Positions 9,320 through 20,069 are shown, numbered from the stretch's first letter. The stretch is DNA of 59,078 nucleotides from an uncultured Candidatus Bathyarchaeia archaeon (GCA_964631575.1 CAZVYD010000003.1:1-59078), one strand, 5' to 3'. The notes: generated from the letters alone by a model not told the origin. Numbers and translations: made by a program.

Positions 9320-9466
9320 ATGAAGAGGAGCGGAGTCTGGGCCATAGGTCACGCTGAGATCCTGTCTTCCTACTTGAAGGAGTTTCTTCCAATCACCTTA
9401 ATGGCGCTGGTTTCAGCGATGGCCGGCGCGTTGAGCGGCGTCCTGCTATTACTCCTTCTCAGATGA
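9320..9466 (+). CDS. possible 48-aa membrane peptide (not in ORF track)
   Basis: ATG...TGA encodes MKRSGVWAIGHAEILSSYLKEFLPITLMALVSAMAGALSGVLLLLLLR with a hydrophobic C-terminal half. Confidence 0.3.
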   Translation: MKRSGVWAIGHAEILSSYLKEFLPITLMALVSAMAGALSGVLLLLLLR

Positions 9467-9632
9467 AGCAGCCAAGGCTACATGAAACGGGCTGCCTCGA
9501 TTTCTATGTCTGCCTATCCCTCTAACACGGCCTTAAGTATTTTAGAGGTCGTGAGGCTGCCCACTCAGCTTGATTTGCAGTATTGAACCTAGTCAGGGCT
9601 CGGATTTCATCCTCAAATGAGCATGCTCCGGC

Positions 9633-10025
9633 CTAGACAATCATGATCGCTTCGTGAAAGCCTTTGAAATGAGGGTTCTTGGTCAAGATTCTTGCTCGAA
9701 GCATTTTGGCGCAGGTCAGAACATAGGCGTCCGCCAACCTGAAATCCTTTATCCTCTTTCGCATCTCTGCGTGCAAGATGCCTGCTTGCCTGGACAGTTC
9801 TTGATCGACTGAGATTATCTTTGAGTTGCTTACGAGTATGTCATATGCCGTCTCCGGGTTGCGGTCCTCTCTTGCGGTCTTGCTTACAACCTCGGCGAGA
9901 GTTACAGCGCATGTATAGTGCTCTGCCTCTTCCTTTTCTAAGATGTTCTTGACCTTGCTTCCGGCGTCACTTCCAATCAGATACTCGACCCAAGCATATG
10001 CGTCGAGCAAATACCTTCTACTCAT
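9633..10025 (-). CDS. vapC: VapC family PIN-domain toxin
   Basis: YLLDAYAW, TLAEV and LADAYVL motifs; overlaps the upstream antitoxin gene. Confidence 0.88.
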   Translation of the reverse strand: MSRRYLLDAYAWVEYLIGSDAGSKVKNILEKEEAEHYTCAVTLAEVVSKTAREDRNPETAYDILVSNSKIISVDQELSRQAGILHAEMRKRIKDFRLADAYVLTCAKMLRARILTKNPHFKGFHEAIMIV

Positions 10026-10212
10026 GGGCCCTCAATTCATCCTCGGCAGTGAACGAGCTCATGCCCCTGATTGCTCCGAAGCCATCTTTCTTCACTTTCT
10101 TGACGATGACCTCCAAGATCTCACCTTCCCTTATCCTCTTCTCGTCCACCAATTCTTTTGGCAAAATGACCATTAGAGAACCGCCTACCTTTCGGGTCCT
10201 TACGAGAGTCAT
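10018..10212 (-). CDS. vapB: AbrB/MazE-type antitoxin
   Basis: RKVGGSLMVILPKE...IREGE swapped-hairpin signature, 64 aa, directly upstream of the PIN gene. Confidence 0.88.
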   Translation of the reverse strand: MTLVRTRKVGGSLMVILPKELVDEKRIREGEILEVIVKKVKKDGFGAIRGMSSFTAEDELRAHE

Positions 10213-10449
10213 CTATGTCACCAAGGTTAAATCTAGTATAATATCAGTTATATCTGTACTCTTCTGAAAACGCTGTTTTCAATGTGTGAGGTTCCATAGA
10301 TGGCACCCGGCAGGCCATGGAGCTAAGGCAAGTGACGCTGTGGAGTTCGGTGGAAATGGTTTCGGCCTGGTTCTCAGATCGATCTGCCTAACTAGTCCGC
10401 TGGCTGGAGGGATTTGCGGAGAACGTGTTTTGGTTGGAGTCTCTTGGCC

Positions 10450-10875
10450 CTACTTCCCCGTTTTCTTCCAAGTCTTGAGGATTTTTTCGGCTTGTTTTAT
10501 GCAGTGAGGTAGGGTTTGTGGGTCTAGGCTGTTTGGGTTCAAGCCAGTGGCAGCGCATACGGATTGGATTATGAGTTTCTCTATGGTTATTGCGCCTGAG
10601 CCGAAGATGGCGCTCAAAGCCTCGGCAAAGCGGTCGGGCTTCTTGGGGATGTCCTCTTTCTTCAGTGAATATCTCTTGTCAATGTTGTAGAATATGACTT
10701 GGGCGACGCTTTCGCCTAGGGCCGAGAGTCCCTGTTCAATAGCCAGTATCAGCGTTTCTCTGGGGTCGTTTGCTTCGGAGCCAGCGTTCGGGAGACAGGG
10801 GGGAAATGACCGCTCATGGGTGAAGGGGGTTTTCGAGGCGTATGGGTCAATGACTGCGAGAGTCTGACCTGACAT
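10450..10875 (-). CDS. DUF3227/NitrOD5-like protein, paralogue B
   Basis: AIEQGLSALGESVAQVIFYNI..RYSL...IPKKPDRFAEAL..IFGSGAITIEKLI. Confidence 0.82.
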   Translation of the reverse strand: MSGQTLAVIDPYASKTPFTHERSFPPCLPNAGSEANDPRETLILAIEQGLSALGESVAQVIFYNIDKRYSLKKEDIPKKPDRFAEALSAIFGSGAITIEKLIIQSVCAATGLNPNSLDPQTLPHCIKQAEKILKTWKKTGK

Positions 10876-11173
10876 TTCTCTCTCCTTGGTCCGCTATCTC
10901 TTTAGCACGCTACAGAATGTGCCGCAATCGTATAGAGTCATATGTCCCGCGGCGGTGGGCTTGTTCAAGTATCTAAACATGGGTGCCGTCTGCTCGATGC
11001 GGCGAGCGAAGTACACGGGCTATGGACCCAGACTCAACGCAAGTGATTCAACGCGAGCCTTCTGGGCTGGACAAGAGGGTAGACGTGATTATTGGCGGAT
11101 TGTTTGACGGGCTTGGACGTATACCCATTTTTAAAGGGGGCCCTCTAGAGGACTTGGCAAGGGAGAAGGACAG

Positions 11174-12043
11174 ATGCGTCTTCTAAGGAAGAGAAGAGGC
11201 GTAAGCGGCATCATCAGCGGCGTATTCCTAGTAGCCGTAGCCGTGATGATCTTCAACATATTGGCATGGCAGTTCTTTCAGTATGACGCTTACCATCGAA
11301 CAGTATTGGAGCGAGACCAACTAGTATGGGAACGGTACAACGAGCGGCTCATAGCATATCTTCCTGAGGTCGGAGTCTCGAAGCTGAACTTCACAGTTCG
11401 CAACTACGGCACAGTCTCAGCTCACATAGTTGACCTGTTCTTCAGATTCAACAATGGGACATGCCTGTACTACCAGTTAGATGTGTGGATTGCTCCGGGA
11501 GCTCTCAAGCGAATAGCGAATGTGGGACCAACGCTTCTGATGAGTGATGTCTACTATTTCCAGATTGGCACCGAGCGAGGTAACATCACTGGGCCTATTC
11601 CCACAGGATCTGGGGGGATAAGCAATGAACCCAAGCCAGGGCAGGGACAAGCCATGCCATTCATCTTCGGCTTCGGATACAACGACTTCCAATACAAAGA
11701 TGGACCCAACTGGTATCCTGCTTGGTACATACTGGACAAGAACCCAGATGGCTACAAGATTAGGTTGAACAACACATATTCGAAAACAGTCGTTTTGACA
11801 TCTAACTGTCGGATTGCTTTCGTTCCTGATGATTTTTCAACATCAAACACTGCTAACATCGACCTAGGCCAGACATCAAGCATTCCTCCCAATAGCGGCG
11901 CATTCATATTCTTTGGTTCTTCAGGCAACTTTGCGAAGAATCGGTATTATGTATTCATAGAAATCTTCTACTACTTCTCTGATGAACCACCCAGCAATTT
12001 CAAAGGAACCAATGTCGGAGTTCTGTCGATCATCGTTCAATAA
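11174..12043 (+). CDS. archaeal type IV pilin-like protein (large, minor pilin/adhesin)
   Basis: Class III signal peptide RKRRG^VSGIISGVFLVAVAV; NFTVRNYG...HIV and GTERGN motifs. Confidence 0.82.
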   Translation: MRLLRKRRGVSGIISGVFLVAVAVMIFNILAWQFFQYDAYHRTVLERDQLVWERYNERLIAYLPEVGVSKLNFTVRNYGTVSAHIVDLFFRFNNGTCLYYQLDVWIAPGALKRIANVGPTLLMSDVYYFQIGTERGNITGPIPTGSGGISNEPKPGQGQAMPFIFGFGYNDFQYKDGPNWYPAWYILDKNPDGYKIRLNNTYSKTVVLTSNCRIAFVPDDFSTSNTANIDLGQTSSIPPNSGAFIFFGSSGNFAKNRYYVFIEIFYYFSDEPPSNFKGTNVGVLSIIVQ

Positions 12044-12076
12044 TAACTTCCGCTAGAAGCGAGAGATAGTGATCTG

Positions 12077-12526
12077 ATGGTGTTTGGTATGTTGAGGCGG
12101 AGAAGAGCAGTCTCTACGATTGTTGCGACAATTTTGACGATCAATATGGCTATCGTAATGGGCGGTGTCATGATTGCTTGGGCTATGGGGTTGATTGGGT
12201 CGTATCAAGGGGGCACTCAGGTCCAGTACATGTTGATGGGAGAGAAGGCACAGGAAGCCATCACAATAGAAAATGTCTGGTTCGAAACCGGGGCCCCCAA
12301 GAAGATAACCATCTTCGTTAGAAATATAGGGGTACGAGAAGCAAAGCTAGTCTCTATCTACGTGGGCGGATCACCCTACACTCCAAACGGCACATGGCCG
12401 TACACACTGCCCGTTGCCAGCAGAGCCACCCTTCAAATCACATACGATTGGACTTCTGGTACACGCTATATCATTGTGGTCGGAACTGCCCGAGGTAACC
12501 AGGCCCGCGGTGAATGGCCAGCATAA
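12077..12526 (+). CDS. archaeal type IV pilin-like protein
   Basis: RRRRA^VSTIVATILTI; IFVRNIG...SIYV and GTARGN motifs. Confidence 0.85.
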   Translation: MVFGMLRRRRAVSTIVATILTINMAIVMGGVMIAWAMGLIGSYQGGTQVQYMLMGEKAQEAITIENVWFETGAPKKITIFVRNIGVREAKLVSIYVGGSPYTPNGTWPYTLPVASRATLQITYDWTSGTRYIIVVGTARGNQARGEWPA

Positions 12527-12728
12527 TCAACAAGACAGATTCTCCTTAAGCCAGCTCACGCAGACCTAACGTAGAGTTCAATCCCGTGAGTGGAAGTAGA
12601 CCGTCTGAATCCTCAGCCCTCAAAGCACGGGCGCCTAACCGACAAGCAGGCTTTACACTCCATCTATCTCTCCTCCTCAGCATCTTACGTGTCTTGTCTT
12701 TCAGGAACAGCACCAATCAGATTTCCAT

Positions 12729-13577
12729 CTACCAGACGAAGAAGAAGAACACCAAGTATCCCATGATCATGAGGACGAGCGCGTGCTTCAATCCGGCGCC
12801 CATCGAGCCCTCACCCATCTTGCCAGCGATCAGGCCGCCTGTGAAGGCTTCGATATTCGCCATGTGGTAGAATACCCTTGTGACAGCAGCAAGGTCAATG
12901 GGCTGAGCCAAGAAGCCTGACGGCGTCTTCGCCCAGACCTCCACAATGTTCGCGAAGAAAACCTTGAAGATCAGGACCCCCACCAGAACGAAGATCGCGA
13001 ACGCCAAGTAAGATATCCATATGAACGGCCTTATCCGGCTCTTCCTCTCCCTCTCAACCAAATCCAACGTGTTGACATGATCGTAGATCGACTCCAATAT
13101 CTCCTGAATGTTCCCTCCGGATCTGCTCGCCTCAAGCAGAAGAAAAGTCGTACGCTTGGTAGAGAGCGTGTCCACCCGCCCCGCGAACGCTCTAAGCGTC
13201 TCCTCCAGAGTTGCACCCCAAGACAGTTGAGCTACGACACGTTTGACCTCCTTCGTGAGGGGGCCATATCGCCTCTCAGCCGAGGCCTCAATCGCCCTCG
13301 GAAACGAGAGTCCAGCTCTCGTTCCTTCTGCGATCTCCTTCACCAAGTACGGCATGTTCTTGTCTATTGCATCTCGCCATCTCTTGTCCATGAAGCTCGT
13401 CGCTGCTGAAGGGAAGACTGCAACAATGCTACCCAGCACTATGAGGTCGTCCCATCTCGGGTTAGTCTTTACACCTAGCACGAAGTTGACCAATAAAGCT
13501 GAGCCAGCAACCAGGGCGAAGATGAACACTGAAACCAAGTAGACGATCTTCCGCTCTTCCTTAGGCACACGCATCAA
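12729..13577 (-). CDS. type II secretion system F / TadC-like pilus membrane platform protein
   Basis: YGPLTKEV...LSWG, SGGNIQEIL and GLIAGKMGEGS...GLKH motifs; several TM helices. Confidence 0.9.
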   Translation of the reverse strand: MMRVPKEERKIVYLVSVFIFALVAGSALLVNFVLGVKTNPRWDDLIVLGSIVAVFPSAATSFMDKRWRDAIDKNMPYLVKEIAEGTRAGLSFPRAIEASAERRYGPLTKEVKRVVAQLSWGATLEETLRAFAGRVDTLSTKRTTFLLLEASRSGGNIQEILESIYDHVNTLDLVERERKSRIRPFIWISYLAFAIFVLVGVLIFKVFFANIVEVWAKTPSGFLAQPIDLAAVTRVFYHMANIEAFTGGLIAGKMGEGSMGAGLKHALVLMIMGYLVFFFFVW

Positions 13578-13584
13578 GGCGCAT

Positions 13585-14574
13585 CTACCACGATGGTATC
13601 AGTCCATCCAGCAGTATTACCATTGCAAGTGACATGAGCGGGATGAGGACGTAGGCGAGAAGGTACATGAGCATCAGAATATTGAAACCTGCCAGTGTCG
13701 AACTAATGCTTGCCATAACAGTGAACATGATCATCACAACTAGCGGAAAGACGATGAGCATGGTCACGTAGGATTCTCCAACAATCGATAGTGTATCGCT
13801 CAGCTCCTTTGCTCTAATCTTCTTCAACTCCATAAGCGACTTCGCTTTGTCATACAAGTACCTTCGAATGTCTCCGCCCGAAACAACAGTCGCGATCAAA
13901 CCTTCAGAGACCTCAGAGAACTCCTTCGAGGATGAACGGTCACCAGCAGTCTCCAAAGCTGTGATAATGTCTTTACCCAGAAGATCCACGTCCCGGACAA
14001 TATCAGTCATCTCGTCGGCGACAAGGGCACCATCGGCAATAGCCACAGACCTGAATATCCTTTCAGGAGGAACCCCTGCAGTGGCGAGAACAGCCATATG
14101 GCTAATCACGTACGGCAACTCTTCCTGTATCCGCCGGCTTCTAGAATCAGCCTTGACGGAAGGGTACGTATACATGACTAGGAACGCCACTGCCCAACTG
14201 AGGAGTCCAAGCGCCCCTCCCAAGAGAAGAATGCCGGCGAAGGCAGCCCTGAAGAGCAATCCAAAAGCGAGTGAAGCTATTAGAGGTACCAGCAGAGCGA
14301 GAGCGCTGACTAGAAGCATCATGCTGACATAGCCGCGTAGAGTAATCTTCAGTCCAGCCTTGAGAAGCTTAGGCCTCAAATCCTCGAAGTACCGTGTGAA
14401 AGGTTCCGCCAGTCCGCCGAGAAGCTTGTAAGAGTAATGGGAGTACGCTACTACGGCGCCTGATCCCTTCTCAGCTTTCGTCTTGGGTTTCTTTCGCCTT
14501 GGTCCTTCCTTGAAGAAATCCCTTGCCATACGCTTGAAACGGGCAAGAAAGCTTTCCTCTACGGGCTCGGTCAA
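13585..14574 (-). CDS. type II secretion system F / TadC-like pilus membrane platform protein
   Basis: KAGLKI, ELPYVISHMAVLATAG, LGKDIITAL and SGGD motifs. Confidence 0.9.
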   Translation of the reverse strand: MTEPVEESFLARFKRMARDFFKEGPRRKKPKTKAEKGSGAVVAYSHYSYKLLGGLAEPFTRYFEDLRPKLLKAGLKITLRGYVSMMLLVSALALLVPLIASLAFGLLFRAAFAGILLLGGALGLLSWAVAFLVMYTYPSVKADSRSRRIQEELPYVISHMAVLATAGVPPERIFRSVAIADGALVADEMTDIVRDVDLLGKDIITALETAGDRSSSKEFSEVSEGLIATVVSGGDIRRYLYDKAKSLMELKKIRAKELSDTLSIVGESYVTMLIVFPLVVMIMFTVMASISSTLAGFNILMLMYLLAYVLIPLMSLAMVILLDGLIPSW

Positions 14575-16103
14575 GAGAGCAATCCCAACCTAGCCCTATC
14601 GAATGTTCCTGCAGGATCGTTGTAATAGTCTCTTATTACTCGGGCCACATCCCTGTACTGCCGAATCCTATTCTTCACCATCCATTCTATGACAGTTCGT
14701 CTCCGCGTCAGCTCTGTCTCCACAACATCTTGAGATATTCCTCTCCTCGACTTGATCTTCTCTATCACTTCGCTCTTACCGGAAGGCGCGAACAAGTCCG
14801 TAGCGGGATCCCACTTGAACACATCCTTGACTGAAAGGTCACTAGGATTGCCATCTGAACCCACAATCTCACTCGTAACCTCAATCCTTCGCGCGGGCCT
14901 CTCTCCAACTCTCGTCCTCGCCATCATCGCAACCATGTCCAAGGTCGGAATCAGTGCTCTTGGAATCTTCATAGGCTCAGTTTCCAAGCGGTTGATCATA
15001 CCGTCAACGGTGTCTGCGTGGATCGAGGAAAGGCCCCCGTGCCCCGTTGCCATAGCCTGAAACAAAGTGTAGGCTTCGGCGCCTCTGACCTCTCCAACGA
15101 TTATATAGTCGGGCCTCTGCCTTAGCGCAGCCTTCAGCAGATCGAAGAGGGAGATCTCTGATGCGCCTCCTCCAGCTCCGAAGCTGGGTCGGGAGATTGA
15201 AGCGATCCAATTCTCATGTGGCAGATTGAGTTCCGCGGTCTCTTCGATCGAGACGACTTTCATGTCTGGTTTGATGAACATGGATAAGCAGTTCAGGGCG
15301 GTTGTCTTCCCTGTAGCTGTGCCTCCTGCAACCATCATGCAAACCCGGTTCTCCACTACGAACCAGAAGAAGGCAGCCATCTCAGGCGTCAACGTATTGA
15401 ACTCTATCAGATCCGTGATTGTGAGCGGATCCGCCTTGAACTTTCTGATCGAGAAAGTGCTTCCTTTTCTGGTAACCTCCTTCCCATATGTGATCTGAGC
15501 TCTGCTCCCGTCCGGAAGAGTCGCATCAAGCATAGGAGTGGCTATCGAAATGTGTCGACCGCTCTTGTATGCCAGTCTCACGACGAAGGAGTCAAGCTCC
15601 GCCGCTGACTCAAAAGCCACATTGCTTGGAAGCGACTCGTACTGCCTGTGCCACACATAGATCGGCACAGCGGGGCCGTCGCATGAAATGTCTTCAACCA
15701 TGTGGTCCTTCATCATCGCATCGATCTTGTCGTAGTTGACGTAGTCACGGATAATGTAGTACATGAACTTGTCAAGCGTTTCCTTCGTCAAACTCATCTT
15801 GTAGGCTTTGGTTATCTTCTCAACTTTGCCTCTGAGATAAGCGGCCGCTTTCTCCGAGTCGTCTATTGTCTTCAGATCGACATCAAGCTCATCGACTAGG
15901 ACACTGTCTATTTCCTCAAGTCTCTTCCTTTCTTCGTCGAGAAGTGTAGGCTCGATCACGATGTACCTTAGGCCTTTGGTCTCAGGGTCTTCGATCAAGG
16001 CTGCGTATGCATAGGGCTCCTGGAGAGGCCACAACTCCTTAAACGTTGAAGTAGAAGGCCTAAGAATCGAGCTCTCTTTCTTCTCCTCTTGCACCTTGAC
16101 CAA
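14571..16103 (-). CDS. type IV pilus assembly ATPase (VirB11/TadA/ArlI family)
   Basis: EDISCDG, DATLPDGSR, GGTATGKTT, SIEETAEL, ALRQRPDYIIVGEVRG and AMATGH motifs. Confidence 0.95.
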   Translation of the reverse strand: MVKVQEEKKESSILRPSTSTFKELWPLQEPYAYAALIEDPETKGLRYIVIEPTLLDEERKRLEEIDSVLVDELDVDLKTIDDSEKAAAYLRGKVEKITKAYKMSLTKETLDKFMYYIIRDYVNYDKIDAMMKDHMVEDISCDGPAVPIYVWHRQYESLPSNVAFESAAELDSFVVRLAYKSGRHISIATPMLDATLPDGSRAQITYGKEVTRKGSTFSIRKFKADPLTITDLIEFNTLTPEMAAFFWFVVENRVCMMVAGGTATGKTTALNCLSMFIKPDMKVVSIEETAELNLPHENWIASISRPSFGAGGGASEISLFDLLKAALRQRPDYIIVGEVRGAEAYTLFQAMATGHGGLSSIHADTVDGMINRLETEPMKIPRALIPTLDMVAMMARTRVGERPARRIEVTSEIVGSDGNPSDLSVKDVFKWDPATDLFAPSGKSEVIEKIKSRRGISQDVVETELTRRRTVIEWMVKNRIRQYRDVARVIRDYYNDPAGTFDRARLGLLS

Positions 16104-16337
16104 CCAGCCGACAAGCTAATCTGAATTCGCGGTCAATGCTATTTCCCTTGACTTGATACCGCACTATATAAGCGATTGATCAGAAGATCGTGACATCCAA
16201 CGCTTCCCATACGTTGTCAAAGGACTTGAAAATGCATCAACTCTCATATGGACAAAAAGCCCCGAGCTGCGGCCAACCATCACTCTTATCCTCCTCAGCC
16301 AGCTCTGGCAAACCCAATTAATAGAGGCACTCCATAG

Positions 16338-17681
16338 TTGATAATGGGAGCATGTAACGAGAGTATCTCAAGAAGGTCTTACGCTTTGAAGCATCTAGGT
16401 CTCAAAGCCAAGAGTTGGCTGAGAACTAGGCTTCCTTTATCGAAACTCGTCGGAGAGAATAAAATCCTACCGATGATTCTGCTGCTGGGCATAATCACGC
16501 TGTTCTTTTTCAATTTGCTACCATCTCTGCTAACTCGATTTGACTATCCTGCTCTAGAACGCAGATACAAGAATTGGATGGCAAATCCCGGTGACCTGAA
16601 CTGGTACATCACGGACAGTGACATCTACGCCTATGCTGGTTGGAACTACGTACACGGCACAAGTCCAGACGAGATCAACTTCGAGCATCCCCCTTTAGCC
16701 AAGTATCTGATTGGGCTGTCAATAGTCTTCTTCAACAACCCGAATGTCATAGGCGCAGCATTGGGTGTTTTCTCCCTTCTAATTCTCTATGAACTCTCAA
16801 AGAAGCTGCTTGGGAGATCGTTGTTCTCTCTCGTCCCTGTCTACATGCTGTCCTTGGAGAGGATCTTCATCGGCTTTTCCTCCACATCGATGCTTGACAT
16901 ATACCTTGTCTTCTTTCTTCTTCTCTCCTTCTTCCTGTTCAGCCATTCAGACAATGACATTTGGATGTTTGGCGGTGCTATTGCACTCGGTCTCGCCAGC
17001 GCGTGTAAACAGTCAGCTTTACTGGCAGCTCCGTCTCTTCTGATCCCCCTAATCGTGAGGAAAAGGAAAACCGCTTGGGTATTCCTTATTCAAATTGTGG
17101 TCGTCGCTTTCTTGGCCTATTGTTTGACCTATGCATGGTTCTTTGTGAACGGACACAACTTTTCAGATTTCTTTGAGCTACAACGAAGAATATTCCTATT
17201 CCAGTATGGCAGACGGTATGAAGGATCGCCTCCACCTGGAAGGCTTCTGTTAACCTTGCTTACTGGCATCGCAGGCCCTGAAACTCGCTACATCATATAC
17301 GTTGACGAAGTCTCAAACACAATCGACATCGTCACAAAACACGGCCTCTCGATGGTAAGCGAATTCAACATACTCACATGGCCACTGTGTTTCTCTGCAG
17401 CAGTTATTTCCTCATATCGGGCTGCAAAGACGAGAAACATAGCAATACTTCAGTCATGTGCGTACTTCTTCAGTTTCCTCGTGCCCTTCACTTTCAGTCA
17501 GAGCTTCGCCTGGTACCTTCTCCCTGTGTTTCCAATGGGATTTCTATTACTCACAAGTAACTTCAAGGGAATTGCGGAGAAATCAAATCGGAGGGTGTTC
17601 TTCGTTGCCTTTCTTGCCTACTTGATCGCACTGCTTGCTTGGTCAAGATTCCTTGTTATTCCTTCATTCATAGAATTTTGA
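16338..17681 (+). CDS. GT-C fold membrane glycosyltransferase (PMT/GT39-like)
   Basis: DSDIYA, NFEHPPLAKYLIGLS, MLD and GLASACK motifs; many TM helices. Confidence 0.82.
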   Translation: MIMGACNESISRRSYALKHLGLKAKSWLRTRLPLSKLVGENKILPMILLLGIITLFFFNLLPSLLTRFDYPALERRYKNWMANPGDLNWYITDSDIYAYAGWNYVHGTSPDEINFEHPPLAKYLIGLSIVFFNNPNVIGAALGVFSLLILYELSKKLLGRSLFSLVPVYMLSLERIFIGFSSTSMLDIYLVFFLLLSFFLFSHSDNDIWMFGGAIALGLASACKQSALLAAPSLLIPLIVRKRKTAWVFLIQIVVVAFLAYCLTYAWFFVNGHNFSDFFELQRRIFLFQYGRRYEGSPPPGRLLLTLLTGIAGPETRYIIYVDEVSNTIDIVTKHGLSMVSEFNILTWPLCFSAAVISSYRAAKTRNIAILQSCAYFFSFLVPFTFSQSFAWYLLPVFPMGFLLLTSNFKGIAEKSNRRVFFVAFLAYLIALLAWSRFLVIPSFIEF

Positions 17682-17793
17682 ATGCAATAGAACACTGTGT
17701 CTAGAAGAGAGCTAACGCTACTCTTTCTTCCGCATCGGATTTCCCATGACAAAAAGCTGGGAAAAAACGGGGGGTTCGCGGGGCGGCAGAGTC

Positions 17794-18225
17794 TTATGCC
17801 GCTCTTCCCTTTATGACCGAGTAGGTGAATGTTGCACCGGTTATCGATACTATCTTTAGAACGTATGATGCTCCAGCTGAAAAGCCAGTTGGGCTGGTTA
17901 TTGTTAGCGCAGTAGTCATGCCAATTCCGACAGTCGATGTACTTGTGATCTTGGCTTGTCCCTCGAGGTAGACAGCTGCGATCGTGACGTTAGCTGAGCC
18001 AACATTTCGCACTGTGAACTTCAAATCAGCACCAGTCCAATCGTATGCGTCGAGGATCAGCTGTTCCTTGGTTTGCGCTCCCCCAGTTCCCATCAGTCCA
18101 CCTAGGAGTCCCATCGACCAGACATAGGTGATGATCGCTGCAGCGACAGCAATGGCAACCATTAGCAATGTTGCAATGACCGGCGACAACGCTTTCCTTC
18201 GGACTCTAAATTTCCCTATTTTCAT
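17794..18225 (-). CDS. probable major type IV pilin
   Basis: RRKA^LSPVIATLLMVAIAVAAA; VRNVGS..VTI..VY motif. Confidence 0.9.
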   Translation of the reverse strand: MKIGKFRVRRKALSPVIATLLMVAIAVAAAIITYVWSMGLLGGLMGTGGAQTKEQLILDAYDWTGADLKFTVRNVGSANVTIAAVYLEGQAKITSTSTVGIGMTTALTITSPTGFSAGASYVLKIVSITGATFTYSVIKGRAA

Positions 18226-18491
18226 TCTTAGTCACTGCAGCACAACGACGCGTAGCCGTAGTTAAACAGTTGTCCGTCTACGACGAACACACTCGGGAGA
18301 GAAATCCTAGTCCTCTTTTTCATCCTACTCGAACTTCGCCTAGTCTATCACAAATCCCGGAAATCTCTCATTCATGCTATTCGATAGGGGCTGCTTCAGA
18401 AACTCGCTCAAAGAAAATGGTGCTACAGCCCTTACCAGATGAATCAAAGCGATTTTCGGCAGGTCCGTAGAATGGGCGCGTCGGTCTCCGA

Positions 18492-19019
18492 TCAAAGAGG
18501 CCGCTGAAACTCTGACACTTTAGGCTGCCAACGCCTTCTCACGCACTCTACTGCTTCAGGTAAGCTTGCAGTCTCCATTTCGTTGATCGTCATTCCTGTC
18601 TTCTGGCCCATGGTCCTAACAATGATCCTCTCAATCGTGACAGATCCCTCTCCGAATATCTCTCGAAGTGCTTCCATGAAAATGTCAAGCTTTCTAGGCA
18701 TTTGATTTCTCGTCAAGGAGTATCTCACCTCAATGTGATGTAGAATGACCTTCCCGGCATTTTCGCCAAGCGCATTCAAGCCATCTTCGATCATTCTCAT
18801 CACAAGATCTTCGCCTGCATCCAACTGATCATGTCTGGCAGATCCTCTCGGAATGGCAGGGTCCCTGTCATCGAGTTGAAGAGATGACTCCATCTTCTCT
18901 TCGGAGATCACGTTCATCCCCTCAACGAATCCTTTGATGGAGGGCTTAAGTCCGTATGGACAAGGCCTACGCGGATATTCAAATCTCCGAACCACCCGTC
19001 GAGAGACTGTGAATATCAC
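18492..19019 (-). CDS. DUF3227/NitrOD5-like protein, paralogue C (start may be ATG 18893)
   Basis: IEDGLNALGE..GKVILHHI..RYSL...FMEALREIFGEGSVTIERII. Confidence 0.8.
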   Translation of the reverse strand: MIFTVSRRVVRRFEYPRRPCPYGLKPSIKGFVEGMNVISEEKMESSLQLDDRDPAIPRGSARHDQLDAGEDLVMRMIEDGLNALGENAGKVILHHIEVRYSLTRNQMPRKLDIFMEALREIFGEGSVTIERIIVRTMGQKTGMTINEMETASLPEAVECVRRRWQPKVSEFQRPL

Positions 19020-19112
19020 GTCCTCTATCCACCACAGTACGGCCTATTAGAGCAAGTCTAAGAAAGGAGCCCTTTGACTGAACCGAGATTCGGTTTCCGG
19101 ATTTGGCGGACG

Positions 19113-19517
19113 CTACTCCGGTGCCACACAGGGAACTATCTTTTGCCTCAACCCCGTCATCAGCCGGCAGAACCTTCTTGTTTCCATGTTTTCCTTTGCG
19201 ACTGGTATATTTTGCAGTATGGTTTCCACGACCATTTGTTCAAGTGTGAAGGCACCGTCTCCGAACATGTCTTGGAGTGCTTCCACGAAGCTTTCAGGAC
19301 GGTCGATCATGTCATTCACCTTCAAGGAGTATTCTTTTTCGATGTGGTATAGTATCACCTGTCCAACTTTCTCACCAAGTGAGTCAAGCGCCATCTCAAT
19401 TGATCTAGCTAAGATTCTTCGCATGTCTTCAGGAAGAACCGGTGGATTTGTCCTGCTCCTAGGATTCCTCTTTCTTCCCTGGGGTTGCAAGGAAAGTCCG
19501 AGACTTGTTGTGTGCAA
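19113..19517 (-). CDS. DUF3227/NitrOD5-like protein, paralogue D
   Basis: IEMALDSLGEKVGQVILYHI..EYSL...RPESFVEALQDMFGDGAFTLEQ. Confidence 0.8.
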   Translation of the reverse strand: MHTTSLGLSLQPQGRKRNPRSRTNPPVLPEDMRRILARSIEMALDSLGEKVGQVILYHIEKEYSLKVNDMIDRPESFVEALQDMFGDGAFTLEQMVVETILQNIPVAKENMETRRFCRLMTGLRQKIVPCVAPE

Positions 19518-20069
19518 TCCAAACGACCTTAAGCATGCTTAAATACGGGCAAGGCTGGAACGTCTACGTCTCCTATAAATTACCGAGGAAAGCTGGCATG
19601 GGAACTTCTGTAAACTTCAGAGCTTTTGTCTGTGACCTTCTGATACCTTTGCCGCCTCGGAGTTTGCACTTTTGTACTCTTGGCTCGAATTTCATGTACC
19701 GCCCTCACAGGTCCTCAATTTTCTTCTCCCATGTGCATCTGAGTTGATTCTCACTGTATTGGTCACCAGTGAGAAGCGTCTAAACTGATGCATTCGTCTT
19801 GAGGAGTGTCACCTTGACTTTCGATCGATTTGCGTTCAGGCCAGTCAAAGACGATGGAGCTCAAAGTGAATGCAGCCTGGCCGCACATACATCCAATTTC
19901 TCTGAGCATTCGAAGATTGCTTCAAAGATACGCGCGATAATTCGATGATGTGTCTGAATTTGCTGAATGGATCTCGGCCGCCACAAGTTTGTTTGCTGAT
20001 TGCAACAGACATTTGTTTAAGGCGTTGTTTGCGTGATATGGCTGGCAAGTACGATCATCGTTTGAAGGT

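Noticed and set aside
11174-16103. Archaellum operon
   Set aside because: There are two separate TadC-like genes rather than one ArlJ, no adjacent ArlH, and the pilins lack the archaellin GIGTLIVFIAMVLVAAV N-terminus.
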